Assembly (NCBI GenBank): GCA_013239625.1
Contig: MU053810.1
Span: 4,992,071-5,056,070 of the forward strand
DNA: 64,000 bases
DNA from: Lama guanicoe
Taxonomy: Eukaryota
Direction of reading: 5' to 3'
A program made the position numbers and the translations under genes. Positions 11,891 through 25,699 of this stretch are shown piece by piece; positions within the stretch are counted from its first letter, which is position 1, and each line of letters begins with the position of its first letter. The notes beneath the pieces are model-generated. The model was not told where the DNA came from. It saw only the letters and a program-made list of their open reading frames with translations, and made no database searches.

Positions 11891-12682
11891 GAGCACTCCT
11901 ACTGGAGTTCTCCAGTCTTGGCCCTCTGCCTTTGGAACATTATGCATGGAGTCTACACCCGCAAGATACGACCACCAGTCTTCCTGAGTCCTACTTCTGT
12001 GTAGTTACTCTCTGGAATCACAATCACCTCTGAGTTATAAAAATAAAAGTGAGCATGAAAATGCCTAATGTGAATGGGAACTTACTCAGACTCAAGGACT
12101 AGGCTAAGGACTTTATACCTACTGTCCCAGCTATTGCAAAAATATAGAAATGTGGGGGTGGGTATGGGAATGGAGAGTGAGATGAGGAGCAAGAAGAAAG
12201 AGTCAGTGCTCTGGTTGCCAGACAGGTCGGCAGCTGTAGACCAAGAACCATCCGCCCAATATTCCAGTTGGCACAGATACAGGGTCTCTGAGTGCAGGAA
12301 TAATTGGGATGGTAAAAATCGTGTTCCTCCCTCTTTTCCGGCAGTTTAGGTAGATGATGATACCACTGTCTGGGAGATTCTAGTCAGCTGAGCTAGACTG
12401 TATGCTCTGTAAGGGCTGATTGCAATTGCATGTATTGACAATATATTCCCAGTGCCTTGCACAGTGCCTGGCATGAGACAAGTGTTTGGTGTTTCCCATT
12501 AACATCTGTCAAGTATATTCCTGCATTAGTCAAGGTTTACCCCAGATTCTAAGTTGTACAACTATCTTAATTTTCCTTGTGACAATTTTTCTTCTTTATT
12601 CTGTAGTTTCATACCTATTTTAGCGGGCTATTGGGAGGAATTTTGTATTTTTTTAAACCAGAAGTTACCTTAATGAATTTTT

Positions 12683-12935
12683 TTCCTGTTTGTTATCTTT
12701 TTTTTTTTTAAATTGAAGCACACTGATTTACATACAGTGTTTCAGGTGTACAGTGAAATGATTCAGTTATATATATGTATTCTTTTTCAGATTCTTTTCC
12801 ATTATGGGTTACTGTAAGATATTGAATATAGTTCTCTGAGCTATACAGTTGGTCCTTATTGTTTATCCATCTTGTATATAGTAGTTTGTATCTGTTAATC
12901 CCAAATTCCTAATTGATCCCTTCCCCCCTTTTCCC
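12683..12935 (-). mobile_element. Cetartiodactyl L1 3' end
   Basis: tttcaggtgtacag..tgattcagttata. 17-bp TSD tacctt(a/c)atgaattttt at 12666-12682 and 12936-12952, followed by AA (the L1 endonuclease TTTT/AA site). Confidence 0.9.
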
Positions 12936-14675
12936 TACCTTCATGAATTTTTAAATGATATTGTGTCAAAGCTGAGGAATAGCTTTACTACAGATCAATG
13001 ATACTACATACTTCATAAATTGAATTAGATGATTAATATTTAGAAGTCAGAAATATTAAGGTGAAACATAATTTTATATGAGTAAATGCCTCCATTTCTC
13101 ATCTGCATGGTGAACAAAATTACAGCCACCCTCCTGGTTTGTTGTCTGTGTGTGAATATGAGTGTTTTGGAGGAGGAGGGGCTATAACGTGTGTAAAACT
13201 GCTTTGCAAACTGTACACCCTGCATATATTTTAGATGCTGTGGCTGCATGGCTCTGATCATTTTCCATCTCATATGCTAATCTATGTACAACATCTTTTT
13301 GTGACCATGATTCCAACCATGTATTTTATTCTGTCATTCCCAGAGGCAACAGTAAAGTATTATATTCAATTTCTCTACCAGATTCAAGGGTCATGATCTC
13401 TTTGGCAGGGAGAGAGTTACTGTCAGGAAAATCTTACTGTTGGATCCAGGACAAACCATTAAAAAGTTGTGTAAGTCTTTGTCAGCTTAGAGTTGTTGTC
13501 CTACAGGTGTTTTGCTATGTTGACACAGCTCATGTTTGCCCTGCTTTATTTATTGCTCTTTCTTTTGGAGGAAATCATAGAGAAAAATAGGACTTTTCCC
13601 ACAGACGGAAACTGTGTACCTATTTAGCTGCTGAACTCTTTGGGAAAGAGGGAAGAAATCAGTTAAGAGCTGCATGAATGAATAAAAAATATTCACCTTC
13701 AAAACACACTACAAAGAGTAATGAAGGATCCAGACTAGAGGAACTTATGACAGAGAGACACTGGAAATGCAGAGGAAAGAGTGACGCCAATTTGATTAAT
13801 TTTAATTGAATAAATAATAGTTCATCTCCAGTCACGTTCAAGGCTTTGAAGGAGATACACAGAGGAGCAAAATGCAATTTCTTCCCTTACATTGTTTATA
13901 GCTGAACAGAGACAATAGAGTGAATAAATAATTCTAACATAAAACAAATTGGGAGAAAGAGGCTATAGCCAGCATGACTATTTCTTAGCAGATCTTTATT
14001 AATTGTATGAATGCATCTTATTTCTCAAATTAAACGTTTTCCTGAAAACTCATGTTAAAACTGTGTCCTCAAATACAGTACTTAATAAGTCCAAGAAGTA
14101 AACTTTCAGAGAATAAGATACAGTTGTCTGGGAAGAAATAAGGGTTTCAGAAAACATAAGTAGCTTCTGTCCAGTGTCTGTCTCTGTGCTGACGGCCACT
14201 GGAAAGGCCAAGCATATAGGAAATAGTCTTCTTTCTAATATGAAAGGCATATTTGTGTCCCGTGGAATGAGAGGTATGCCTGGTATGAGAACAGGACCCA
14301 AGGTCACGGCGGGGCTCCCAGTTCTAACGCATATTTCCTGACTTAGGGATGGATCACTGCTTGGTGGTTATTCCCACCCATGACTTCGATTGCACGGGTC
14401 CTAGGGTGCTTAATTATTCTTATAATTTTTAGCTGGTTTTCCCTTTCTTCGTTGTTCTTGCTCTTCCCTATTGCAGAGTTTCAGTTCAGTCTTGAAGCCC
14501 GTCCCATCTTATCTGAACTATCTCGGTAGCATGTTTGATAGTTTTTCTGAGTCTTTTACATGCGGGTCAGCAGTTTTTTAGTTCTGAAAGGCTTTAACCC
14601 TTTGATGAAGTAAAGTGTCAGAAATACCTACCATTTTTAGAAACAGATACATTTTAAGTCTGAATAGATGTCATA

Positions 14676-14795
14676 TAGAAACGTGAAGCCTACTTCAAAA
14701 AAGTAAATATTCAGAAACATAAGCTTTATGAACAGAGTAGAAATGTGAAGCCTACTTCAAAAAAGTAAATATTCAGAAACATAAGCTTTATAAAC
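14676..14795. repeat. Local tandem duplication, 62-bp period, about 2 copies
   Basis: tagaaa(c/t)gtgaagcctacttcaaaaaagtaaatattcagaaacataagctttat(g/a)aac starts at 14676 and again at 14738. Confidence 0.95.
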
Positions 14796-14879
14796 TGTCA
14801 CTCATCATCCATCTATTAATATTTGTCTAATTCTCTTTTAAATTTACATATAGGTACTGTTCAATATTTGTCTAATTTT

Positions 14880-15835
14880 TAAAGCAAGATGTATGTAGAA
14901 TAAAATGCAGAAATCTGAAGCATACACTTTGATAAGTTTTGGTAAATGTATCAACCAATGGAACCACCACCCCAGTCAAGACAGCGTTTCCATCACTCCA
15001 GAAAGTTCTCTTATGTATCTTTCAATTAATCCTCATCACCCAGGGGGCAACTACTGTCCTGATTCCTATCACCATGGATTAGCTTTGCCTGTTCTTTAAC
15101 TTCCTGTGTGGAAAGATACAGTTTTTACACCTTTCATTCCACATCCTATTTTTGGGATCAGTCAATATTGTTGAGTGTGAATATACCGCATTATAGGGAT
15201 ATACCACAATCTGTCCATTCAACTGTTGATGGATATTTGGGTTATTTCCAGTTTTTGACTATTATTAATATACATTTTTGACTATTAATATACATACTAA
15301 TCTGAGTCCACTTTCAAGTAGTTGCCTCACACACATCCACTAATTGACACTCTGCTGCATACTTGAGGAGGTACCTGGATTTTTCTTTTTGTGCAAAAAT
15401 TCCCTATTACTCTGTCCTGAATACTCTAACAGTCTCTGTGGACTCTCAGTGCCATCTCCTCAATTCAAGGAATCAACTGGGTTTTGCCTGGTTTTCTCTC
15501 TCAATGCTGAAGCCTAGAAGCTCCCAAATTCTCTCAAGCTTAGGCAACCACTGCTATTGACTTCTGTTTCTTAAGAGATCACTGTCCTTCCCTGCCTCAT
15601 GCTTGGTGTTTTTAAAGTCATTGTCTCATATAGTCTGTCTGAATTTATTTATTGACTTTATTTATTGATTTTTGGTTGTTTCAGATGGTAGAGTAAAACT
15701 GGGCTGGAAGCAGAAGTTTGTATTTTATAATTTTTGATCTGTTCCAAATGGATGGTCAAGCATTCATTTCCCATTTGCTGTTTCTAGTACCTAGAAATAC
15801 AACTGATGTTTGCATCTTGACCTTGTATGCTCTAA
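14880..15835 (-). mobile_element. Old L1M fragments (3' end, 5'-region and ORF2 pieces)
   Basis: accaccaccccagtcaagacag..tttccatcactccagaaagttc; ctgttgatggatatttgggttatttccagtt; ctggaagcagaagt. Confidence 0.6.
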
Positions 15836-16199
15836 ACAGGCATGGTTTTAACAAGATCATTGGATCATTGGATTAATGGAGCAAGAACTCATAGCTAATT
15901 GGAGAAATTTCTAAAAAGGCTATGTGGAGGAGGTGGGACTTGAAAGATAAAGAGAACACATTATAAATAAAAGCTTCAGTGTAAACAAAGGGCAGAAGAA
16001 GAAGGCATAATCAAGGATTCCAAGAAGTTCAGTTTGACAGATCGATGATGAGTCGAGTATTTGGGAAAACTGAAGTCTCTACATATATGATATATAAACA
16101 TGAAACTTCTGTGGGAGAGCCTTCTCTGATCCTCTGGACCAGAGAAAGTTGTTTGAAATAACCTTAATTTCTCTTCCATCAAGTGCTGACATTCCTAAT

Positions 16200-17240
16200 C
16201 AACTTTTTGTTTGCCTGTTAATGCAATGTTTGTCTTCCATACTAGGCTGAAAATTCAGTGAGGGCAGGAATCATGTCTGTCTTCCTCATTGTTGTAGTTC
16301 CGGCATTTAACAATGAATATTCATTGAATGAACAAATAAATGGAGCCAGGATAAGAAGTCTGAATTTGATTTCATACTCAATCAGAGTCTTTAAAAGTTT
16401 TAGGAGAATGATTTGTCCAGAGTTGTGTTTTATGAAGATTTTTCTGGCAGTGTATGGTGAATGAATTAGAGGAGGTGAGCTGGGTGCGAAGAGAAGCTAC
16501 TGGAATAATTTTGACAGGAGGCAAGTTAAGCCAGAGCCATGGTGGTGTCGTAGACAGTGGAAGGAAACAGGTACAGATGAGTCTGTAGAGGGCAAACCAA
16601 CAAAATATGAAAACTGGGGAGGAGACGGAATAGAGAAGTCAATTATATATCTGACATTTTGCTAGTGGGGAATTGGGAGGGAAATGGTGTCATTTATAGA
16701 AATAGCAATCTCGTAGGAAGAGCTGGTTTGGGAAGGTAGCTGTCCATCTTTCCCAATACCACTTATCAAAGAGAATGTCTTTTCTCCAGTGTATGTTCTT
16801 GCCTCTTTTGTCGAAGATTAATTGACTCTAGGTGTCAATCTTGAGCGTTAATTACTTATGAGCTTTCTAGGGGGATCTATTAATCAGGCAGTTGGAAACA
16901 GTGTGGATTTCAGAACAGAGCTGTGGATTAGGGACATAGGTGAGTCATCCACCTAAGAGGGATACTTAGCCCTAGGGAATGATGAGATTGGTGAGAGAGA
17001 GAGAAAGAGAGAGACAGAGACAGAGTGGAGAAGAAGCCCAAAGAGACGATTTTCAGGGGCATTCACTTTAGGAGGCAGGAGAAGTCAATAAAAGATACGG
17101 ATAAAGAAAGTTTTCTAAAGTTGGAAGTAGAACCCGTACAGTGTTACATTACAAAAGGAGAGGGTCTGAGGTTACTTAACTGAATATGTAGAAAGCTTGA
17201 GTAGCACAAAGACAGAAAGGGTCATTGGCTTTGATCATTA
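16200..17240. mobile_element. L2 fragments (plus 16200-16340; minus about 16340-17240)
   Basis: gagggcaggaatcatgtctgtcttcctcattg..tgaatgaacaaat, then degenerate antisense L2c sequence. Confidence 0.55.
16737..16835 (-). mobile_element. Isolated internal L1 ORF2 fragment of about 100 bp
   Basis: The reverse complement acacctagagtcaattaatcttcgacaaaagaggcaagaacatacactggagaaaagac..tgggaaagatggacagcta is L1 ORF2 (LIFDK..K...W.KD.LF.KW.WE.W). Confidence 0.85.
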
Positions 17241-17299
17241 GATAACGAACAAACCTCATGATAATAATCCATGTATTCTAAGAATCATTTGATTCTTAA

Positions 17300-17468
17300 G
17301 ATAATCCATAGGGCAAAGTGGAGAGCATTATTATCACCACTTTGTAGATGAAGAAGCTGAATCTCAGAGAGTTCAAGTGACTTTCTCAAGGCCACAGAGT
17401 CATGAAGCATCAGCTCCAGATCTTGACCCCAGTGCCATCTCTGATGTTGTCCTCGAACACCACACTGC
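17300..17468 (-). mobile_element. MIR
   Basis: attattatcaccactttgtagatgaagaagctgaatctcagagagttcaagtgact. Confidence 0.8.
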
Positions 17469-17591
17469 ATCCTTTTCCTTCTGAGAGTCTTCAGAAAAAT
17501 GTGCTTGTTCTCAGACATATAATGTTTCAATTCATCTCATTATTGTCTATTTCCTGAGGAAACCCATAAAAACACTTGTCTTAGATCCTGA

Positions 17592-18818
17592 TAACCCACA
17601 GACCTATAGTCAATTTTTAATCTTTGACACAAGGAGGCAAGAATGTAAATGGAGAAAAGACAGTATCTTCAGCAAGTAGTGTTGGGAAAGCTGGACAGCC
17701 GCATGTAAATCAATGAAGTTAGAACACTCCCTCCCACCATACACAAAAACAAACTCAAAATGGCTTAAAGACTTAAACATAAGACAAGACACCATAAACC
17801 TCCTAGAAGAGAACATAGTCAAAACATTCTCTGATATAAGTTGTAACAATGTTGTCCTAGGCCAGTCTACCAAGGCAATAGAAATAAAAGCAAAAAGGGA
17901 CCTAATTAAACTTAAAAGCTTTTACATAGCAAAGTAAACCATAAATAAAATGAAAAGATAACTTATGGAATAGGAGAAAATATTTGCCAATGCTGTGACT
18001 GACAAGGGCTTAACTTCCAGAATATAAAAACAGCTCATACAACTCAATAACAAAAAAATAAACAACCCAATCAAAAAATGAGCAGAAGACTTCAACAAAC
18101 ATTTGTCCAATTAAGACATACAAAAAGCCAACAGGCACATGAAAATATGCTTAATGTCACTGATTATTAGAGAAAAGCAAATCGAAACTACAGTGAAGTA
18201 TCCCCTCACACCAGTCAAAATGGTCATTGCTTAAAAGTCCACAAATGATAAATGCTGGAGAGGCTGCAGAGAAAAGAGAACCCTCCTACACTGTTGGTGG
18301 GAATGTAGTTTGGTGTAGCCATTATGGAAAACAGTATAGATATTCCTCAAAAAACTGAAAATAGACTTACCATAGGATCTAGCCATCCCACTTCTGGGCA
18401 CATATCTAGAAAAAAAACTATAATTTGAAAAGAGACATGCACCCCAATGTTCATAGCAGCACCATAAACAATGGCCAAGACATGGAAGCAACCTAAATGT
18501 CTATTGACAGATGACTGCATAAAGAAATTGTGATATATGTGTACAATGGAACATTACCATAAAAAAGAATAAAATAATGCTGTTTGCAGCAACATGGATA
18601 GACCTGGAGATGGTCATACTAAGTGAGGTAAGCCAGAAAGAGAAAGAAAAATACCATATGATATCACATATATGTGGAATCGAGAAAAAAAGAAAAGGAA
18701 TATATAAATACACATCTATATACACACACACATATATATGTGTATAACTGAATTACTATGCTGTACACCAGAAGTTAACAAAACATTGTAAATAGACTAT
18801 ACTTCAATTAAAAAAAAG
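17592..18818 (+). mobile_element. 5'-truncated cetartiodactyl/camelid L1 (ORF2 C-terminus + 3'UTR)
   Basis: ORF 17713-17937 gives ORF2-like [34 protein letters not shown]. Ends gctgtacaccagaagttaac..actatacttcaattaaaaaaaa. Confidence 0.95.
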
Positions 18819-21029
18819 ATTAATATTAGTAGCTATTGTCAATAACTTAGGAGTAAATGCTCAGAATCTTTGTTTGCCGTCACAGGGTGCTGTTTTTTGA
18901 AATTACTTTGGTAAATAAATATCAGGGAATTTCTTTTTCTGTTAGAGCGGGGAACTCCACCTAAGGAGAAAGCCAAGTTTTCCTCATCAATTCTACAGGT
19001 TTCCTTAGGTTTAAACATTATTAAGGACTCGTATATGTATTCACGTAATACATCTAATTAGTGACTTACTGTTGTTATCTGAAAGTCGTACAAGAATACC
19101 AATAACATTTTAAATACCAGTAACATTTTATGAGTACATTATGGAACCAGCAGGCCCAGAACAGCATGCTAATTGGCCCAATGTTATCGAATGTGCGTCC
19201 TGAAAGGCACAGGTGTGTGGTGAGGGGTGGAGAAAAGGCTCAGAGTGTTCTGATTTATGAATTTCCTCTTTTTTTTTTTAACTTAAAAAGGAAGAAAGAC
19301 ACTGGAGATAGTTAAGCTGATAGATTTGGCTGCTGTCTTAAATAATCTATATGAGACGATAATGTGAAAAATATACGCTGTTGGCATCTTCAAAAACTTC
19401 TAAAACAAATTAACAGACAAATAAGGAAGTAAGTGTCCTAGCCACGCTTCCTGTGGGTCCGAAGAGGCTGTTCCATTCAGCTCAGGGGAGAGCTGCAGTT
19501 GCATTCCTGAAAGGCTAGCTATCTAGGCTTCACAGAAGAAGGAGAGAGCCCCTTATTATGAGCTAATCAAGGTGAGAGCATGTTCTGAAATGTACGCTTA
19601 CTTGGCCAGCTAGCACCTCAGAGCATCAAAGTAACACCAGAGTTTGGGGTAGTTGGATCCTTCTTTGAGAGTCTCTGTTTGCTGGGTGTGCTGACCCCTT
19701 TGACGAGGACTAAGATTTCTTTATGACTTGGTATGATTTTTCAGAAGAAAATAAGGACAATTTTAAGAGCATTTCCATGGATATTCACTTCTCTTTTTCC
19801 AAAAAGCAACGAGACAAGCCTACAGGCTTGGTTCCATTTTGGTCAAATTACAAATATGTGACATTTTAGGAATCTTGGGCTGTTTTACTCCTTCACACCC
19901 ATTTAATCACAGCTCGGTGACTGGGGCTTTGATGGAATAAAGCATTTCTGTCAATTCAGGGCAGCTCTGTTTCTGGGATTTTGTAGCAACTATGGTTTCA
20001 GGAGAGAATGGAAGAAATAAACACTCTTAGCAACTCAAAGGCCAGCTGCTTTAAAACTGGCTTGAACATTCTGGACTCATCACCATGACTTTTTCTTTTT
20101 CTTTCTTTCTTTTTTTTTTTTCTGGGTGGTTGTTCTAAATTGTAAACAGACTTGTGTGGATTCTTCTTTTGTATATTTATATTTGGGGAAGGAGCAGGCT
20201 GGGGCATTCCCTCTTTTCAACATTTATATAAACTTTAGAAATTTAACAATATAAGGTCCAGATTTCATAGTTATCAAAAATCGAGAGCAAAGACTTGAAA
20301 GAATTGTAACTGATGACTATGGGTACCATTTCCTTCCATGTTAAGTGAAACTGGATAACAATATCGTTCACCTAAATAACACCCTCTGGTCTAGAGTGTC
20401 AAAGAGCTTTAGAAAACATCAGTTTAGACTCAGAGACCTCAGTGATACTGACTTGCATTATAGAGAATACAAGAGAAATGTTTTACAAAAGCTTAACTAG
20501 TAGCACTAGTAGTGGTTAACTAAATTACCCAAGTTTATGTAGTAGCATTCCTGGAGGTTAGCCATACACTGAGTCCCCCCTCCTTAGGTCTGGGCAAAGC
20601 TCTTGAAATTGAATTCCCATTACTGTGGTGCATCCAATAATTTTATAGCTTCTGTGATATCCACCCAAGTATATATACACACACACGCACATATATATCT
20701 ATATTTATCTATATCTATCTATTTCCTTTTTAGGTATACATCTGCTACGCTGTCACAGCATAGTAGAAAGTCTGGTGCCCAGGAATACAGAACCTGATCT
20801 AGGCTACCTATTGCCTGAGCTCTGTGACTGCCAGTGCAGCATTTTAACACAATCTAGACATCATTTTGGAGAAACAGTAAAGATGATGGCTATAGTGCAT
20901 ATCTGAGTGGTAACTCACCAAAATCTATTCTTTTCATCTGCTTAAAGTACTCTGAGTTTTTTTGAGGGGAGAGGTCTCTTTGTGAATCCATTGTATATTA
21001 GTCATGAAATTATAGTCATTACAATGGGA

Positions 21030-21500
21030 TTGATCCAGGCATGGGCCTTGATTGGCTTAAACCAATCAGAACATTCTCTCTGGCCATAAGGATTACTCAA
21101 AGACAAACATCATCGAATTTGGGTCAATGAGGCACATCTATATACAGGGTAAAGCTTCTGAGACGTTAGTTCCCTTATTCTTCTAACTACCCCTGCCCCT
21201 CGCCAAAAGCTTTCCTTCTGATGAGAAGGTCTGGAACTCTTAGAGCTTTTGTCACCATGAATGGATCTGGCATTAAGACAAAGCTGAGGCTTTGGGGGGA
21301 GGGGAGGAAGTGAGGGGAGGGTAGACATGACAGATAAATAGATAACAGGAGTAGGAACCCATACAGCTGTAAGAACCCGAGTCAAGTCCTGGATTATCCA
21401 ATTATGTGAACCAATAAATTCCCCACTTTTTCACTCTTTGGTTAAGTCAGTTTTGGCCAGGTTTTCTTCTACTTGCAACCCAAAGCATCCTATTAGCTAT
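21030..21500 (+). mobile_element. MaLR LTR (MLT1K-like)
   Basis: tgattggcttaaaccaatcaga; gtgaaccaataaattcccc..ttaagtcagttttgg..ttctacttgcaacccaaagcatcct. Confidence 0.7.
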
Positions 21501-21533
21501 AGAGGGGTTCAATTAGAACGTAGTCCCTAGAGT

Positions 21534-21718
21534 CACGCTGTCCAATAGCAATTTCTGTGATGATGGAAATGTTCTATAAATGCACTGACCAACATGGCAG
21601 CCACATGTGTCTGCTGAGTTGTGGCTGGTGACTGAGGAAGTAAGTTTTTAATCTAATTAGTTAAAATTGAAATTTAAATAGTCACACACAGCTAGTGCCT
21701 ACTATTTTGGATAGCACA
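21534..21718 (+). mobile_element. MER3 (hAT-Charlie MITE)
   Basis: gctgtccaatagcaatttctgtgatgatggaaatgttctat..ttggatagcaca, flanked by ctaga-containing hAT-type targets. Confidence 0.88.
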
Positions 21719-23354
21719 TCACTAGATGGCCTTTGAGATCTCTAACAGTTCTAACATTGTATGACTTTATGAGTGTACTTAGTGCATATAAATAACACCC
21801 ATGGATGGATCCAAATATTACCTAAACTAAAATCTGTTGCCAATACACACAAGACATCTAATTTCCAGTATGAATGGATATATCAGGTTTATGTTTTTAT
21901 TGAAAGCTACTACGGTGGTTAATTTAGAAGCAGATGATAAAAAGATCAATATCCACTACTTCTTTCCACATTAGGCATTTTATAGCTGGGAGGGCTAGGA
22001 AAAAATACATCAAGTCTCTAACGATGTTTTGAGGATCACGTGAGTTAATGCGTGTAAAGGATTCAGCAGAGAATCTTGCTTAGTGAATTTCAGTGAATGG
22101 CAATGTATCTGCTGTCACTATGGTTACTTAAGACCAACATTGATGACTGGATGCTACCACCCCTTAGTACATAGAGACGCCTCTATCTGACTGAGTAGAC
22201 CAGTGATAGGTGAGATATGGACATATTGGAAAAGACTTAGAGAGCAAGTAAGCCAATGAGATATATTTGCAGAGGATTAAACTCTCACTCATCAAAGTGA
22301 CCAGGAAGTTAGTACAGGAGAGAAATTAAAGCCAAGACCTCCTGGCTTGAAATCCAGGGTCTGGTGTACTTTCTTGTACCATACTTTATTTTGCTTCACC
22401 TTTTTTCCAGATTTTTCAAACTTCCTGGCATTCTCTATTCAGTTTAGCAAACAAGTTCATACTGGTGACCTACCAAAAATTCCATTTGCCTTCTAGGCAG
22501 TTTTACGATAAGATAATCTTCTCAAGACCATTTAACCTCATGGCTGACTCTAGTTTTACTCTTAAAGAAGTGATGGGAAGGCTTTAGTTGTCAATGTTAT
22601 TGACTGTCTGAGGCATAGCTGTTTAAAAGATTTCAAACATTCAGTACTGTTTGGATCTCTTTCTTGATTTCCTTTTTTTTTTTTTAGCAGAGAAAAAATA
22701 TTTTTCTTGAGTTTCTAGTACTATATTATGGTCAAAGGCAGCATCATGGTGTAAATTCCTTATTGGATCATAGATTTTCCTCTTTACTTCCCTCTCTTGT
22801 TCATGGGCTACCATCTTGTTGCTTTCAAAGTGGAGCAAACAAGTCCTAAAAACAAAATCCCTGCTGATTCAATACTGAGTTAGCTCATCTTTAGGTCAAG
22901 GGGGCAAGACACGGCCCACCCACAATTTATCACTAAATAAGCAGATGCTGACTGTCCCACATCTCCAAATTTAGGATTTCAAAGTTATCCCAATTCTCCT
23001 CCCCAGGGTGTATGGATGGACTGGTTAGAGTGTGAATTTTGCAGCTACATTACCTCATTAAAAATTATTATTAGATTGATATTAGATTGTGATCAATACT
23101 TTATGGCTGTAAAATCAGAACGAGGTGAGACCCCCATATGGGTTCATTTTGCATTATATTGCTTCCACATGAATCTATATCTGTTAAGCTACTCTGTGAA
23201 ATTAAGTGTAAGTATTTTGAAGGAGATATCTGATTTACAAAGACTTTTTTGTTTTACCATCCACCTCAGTCCCTACCAGATGTTCTTGAGGCTCACCTCA
23301 ACTACCTGAAGAGGCAGAAGAGTCCTATACTTCCATATGCTTTAAAAAAAAGAA

Positions 23355-23399
<45 letters not shown>

Positions 23400-23400
23400 C
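23355..23400. repeat. (TA)n(TG)n(TA)n microsatellite
   Basis: Read directly from the sequence. Confidence 0.95.
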
Positions 23401-24549
23401 ATGTGTTTCTCAGTACACTATTATTTCCATGGCTGTAAGAAAGAAAAAAGGTGTTTCTAGGGCTGCCACATTTCTTCCCTTCTCTTAAGAAAGTTTAGGG
23501 GGACAAACGTTTTCTCCAATTAAATGTGTGCCTTTTTTGATGCCAAAGAATTGGTCTTCTCAAACATTGTTATGTATGGTGATTAGATGTCTAAGATGAC
23601 ACACACACACCATATATTTCAACTACTTTTTAAGAGCGAGATTGGCCTTGGTTGGCTAGGGTGGGACCTAATCGTGGATTTCAGAATTATTTCTGGGAAA
23701 TGTCACCCAAGCTCCAAAAAGGAGACTGTAAATTCTTAAAACATAATCCACGTGGCAGTTGGGGACGTTCTATATTTCAATCAGGTTTAAAGTCTGAATG
23801 ATATTAGCTCAAACATTTTTTTTAACCAATATAATTAAAGTTATGGGCAACAGTACAAAATAAAATAACAGATTCTAAGGATATAATAAAGAATATGTTA
23901 TATGAAAACCTTTAAAATGTAAAGCTTTAATGCACACAAAAGGCTACCAGGCATATTCAGGAAGGCATTCAAATACTGGGAGCCAAGAAAATGTACTATT
24001 GGAAAAAGAAATGTTATACTTGATATATACATACAAAAGTTACAATAGGTCAATGTTCATCATATCATCCATCGAATTTTTTCACTTTGAAAGCACTGGG
24101 AGATCCAGTAGTGAGTCATAATTGTTACTTCCAAACTAGATCAATTTTGAAGGAGACCTATTCCTGAGAATAGCTGATAAATGTCATTTGTAATGGGAAA
24201 CATTTGCTTTCTGGCTAGTTAAGCGCATTTAGGTAGACAGTAATGAGTTGCAGCTGAAGGGTGGGGAGCCTCTAAAAAGAAGTATATTTTTTCTTTGCCA
24301 AATATAATGAAAAAAGTATGACTTCCAACTGCCCCACTATTGATATTCATTCAAGAAAGATTCTTTCAATGTGACTTTCACAGGAAAAAAAAAACACCAC
24401 TGGAAAATCAGAAGAGCAGATTATTACAGCTCAATAAACAGTATAGAAATAGAAGAAAAATGAAGATTTATCACTATAGAAACAAAGACACAAATTAAAA
24501 CAGAGAATAGATATGGCTTAAAATACAGGAAAATAAGTGTATAATAGAC

Positions 24550-24908
24550 CACATATTGGGATGGGCTAGTTTATGGTTTAGTTACAAATACATTCCAAAT
24601 CTCAGACAATAACAGTTTATTTTTCACTCTGCTCTGTGTCTGGCATGGATCTGCAAAAAGGGAGTTGCTCATTCTTGTCACCAGTATTTCCTTAGTCAAC
24701 ATGGGAAGGGGGTTACAGCACTGAAGTACCCAGCACTGGCAATGAAACACCTCTACCTGGAAGTGACACATATCACTTTCAGTTTCATTTCATTGGTCAA
24801 AGTAAGTCACATGGCCATGACTAACTTCAATCGAGTGACATGCAAATCTACATATGCCAGGAGCAAGGAGGATCAGAATATTTGTGAACAGCTCTAATGG
24901 CTATCACA
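24550..24908 (-). mobile_element. MaLR LTR (MLT1I-like)
   Basis: ggaagtgacacatatcactt..cattggtcaaagtaagtcacatggcca..aatatttgtgaacagctctaatggctatcaca. Confidence 0.8.
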
Positions 24909-25699
24909 TCACAGCTGAAGAAAGAAAAATGGTGATAGATCAAGGACTATTACATGCGAGGAGAATCTACGGGAACTCTTAATACCAACAACCAGAAAGT
25001 ATTTGCTGTCTTCAAAAGAATAACTTTCACATTTACTGCTAATCAATACATGAATATTAGAACCTTGAAAATGTATCACATAAGTTGAACACAAGGATAA
25101 AAGCAGTTGCGATAAATGGTCCAAACATAAACTTCAGGCAAAACTAGACTGATTTGCTAATATATTCTCTGTATGCTTACTTAGCAAGCCAAAGGCATTT
25201 TCTGATCAGTTGTGTTAGGAAACATGGTCTTTGATAGTAGACTTTAATCTTTTTGTTCATTCAGAGGAAACTTTCACCCTCAGTGGACACCCAAATAAAA
25301 TCTTACGTTGCACCTTGGCATACAAAACCAAAGTGGATCTGAGCCACTTGAACTGGGCTTGGAGGCCCAGAGTTCCCACAGTGGGCCTGAGACACTTCAG
25401 AAACCCTGGAAAACCCTAGATTGCAGCTTCAAGAACATATCTCAAAGGAAAGGAGTTACCTGATTGTCAAACAATGTTTTCATTTAAAAAAGTCAAGAAT
25501 TGGAAATGTGACAGTGAAGCTTTCAGTCCATTTCTATGTAAATCCATTTACATTGTTTCTAAGAGGTAGCGCAATATTTGTGCTCCAGTTTAATTATGTG
25601 ATTCATGTGACAAGATTATTTGTATCTGTGTGTGATTGGGCTACACAGACCTTACTATGCCTATGTACGTGTGTAACTGAGACAAAGCTTCACAAAATC

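Noticed and set aside
14676..14795. CRISPR-like or other repeat-spacer array
   Set aside because: Only two adjacent copies with no spacers, in mammalian DNA. No such array was seen anywhere in the window.
17592..18818. Active L1 or intact ORF2 (also 61472-62800)
   Set aside because: Both are 5'-truncated to about 1.2-1.3 kb with stops and frameshifts.
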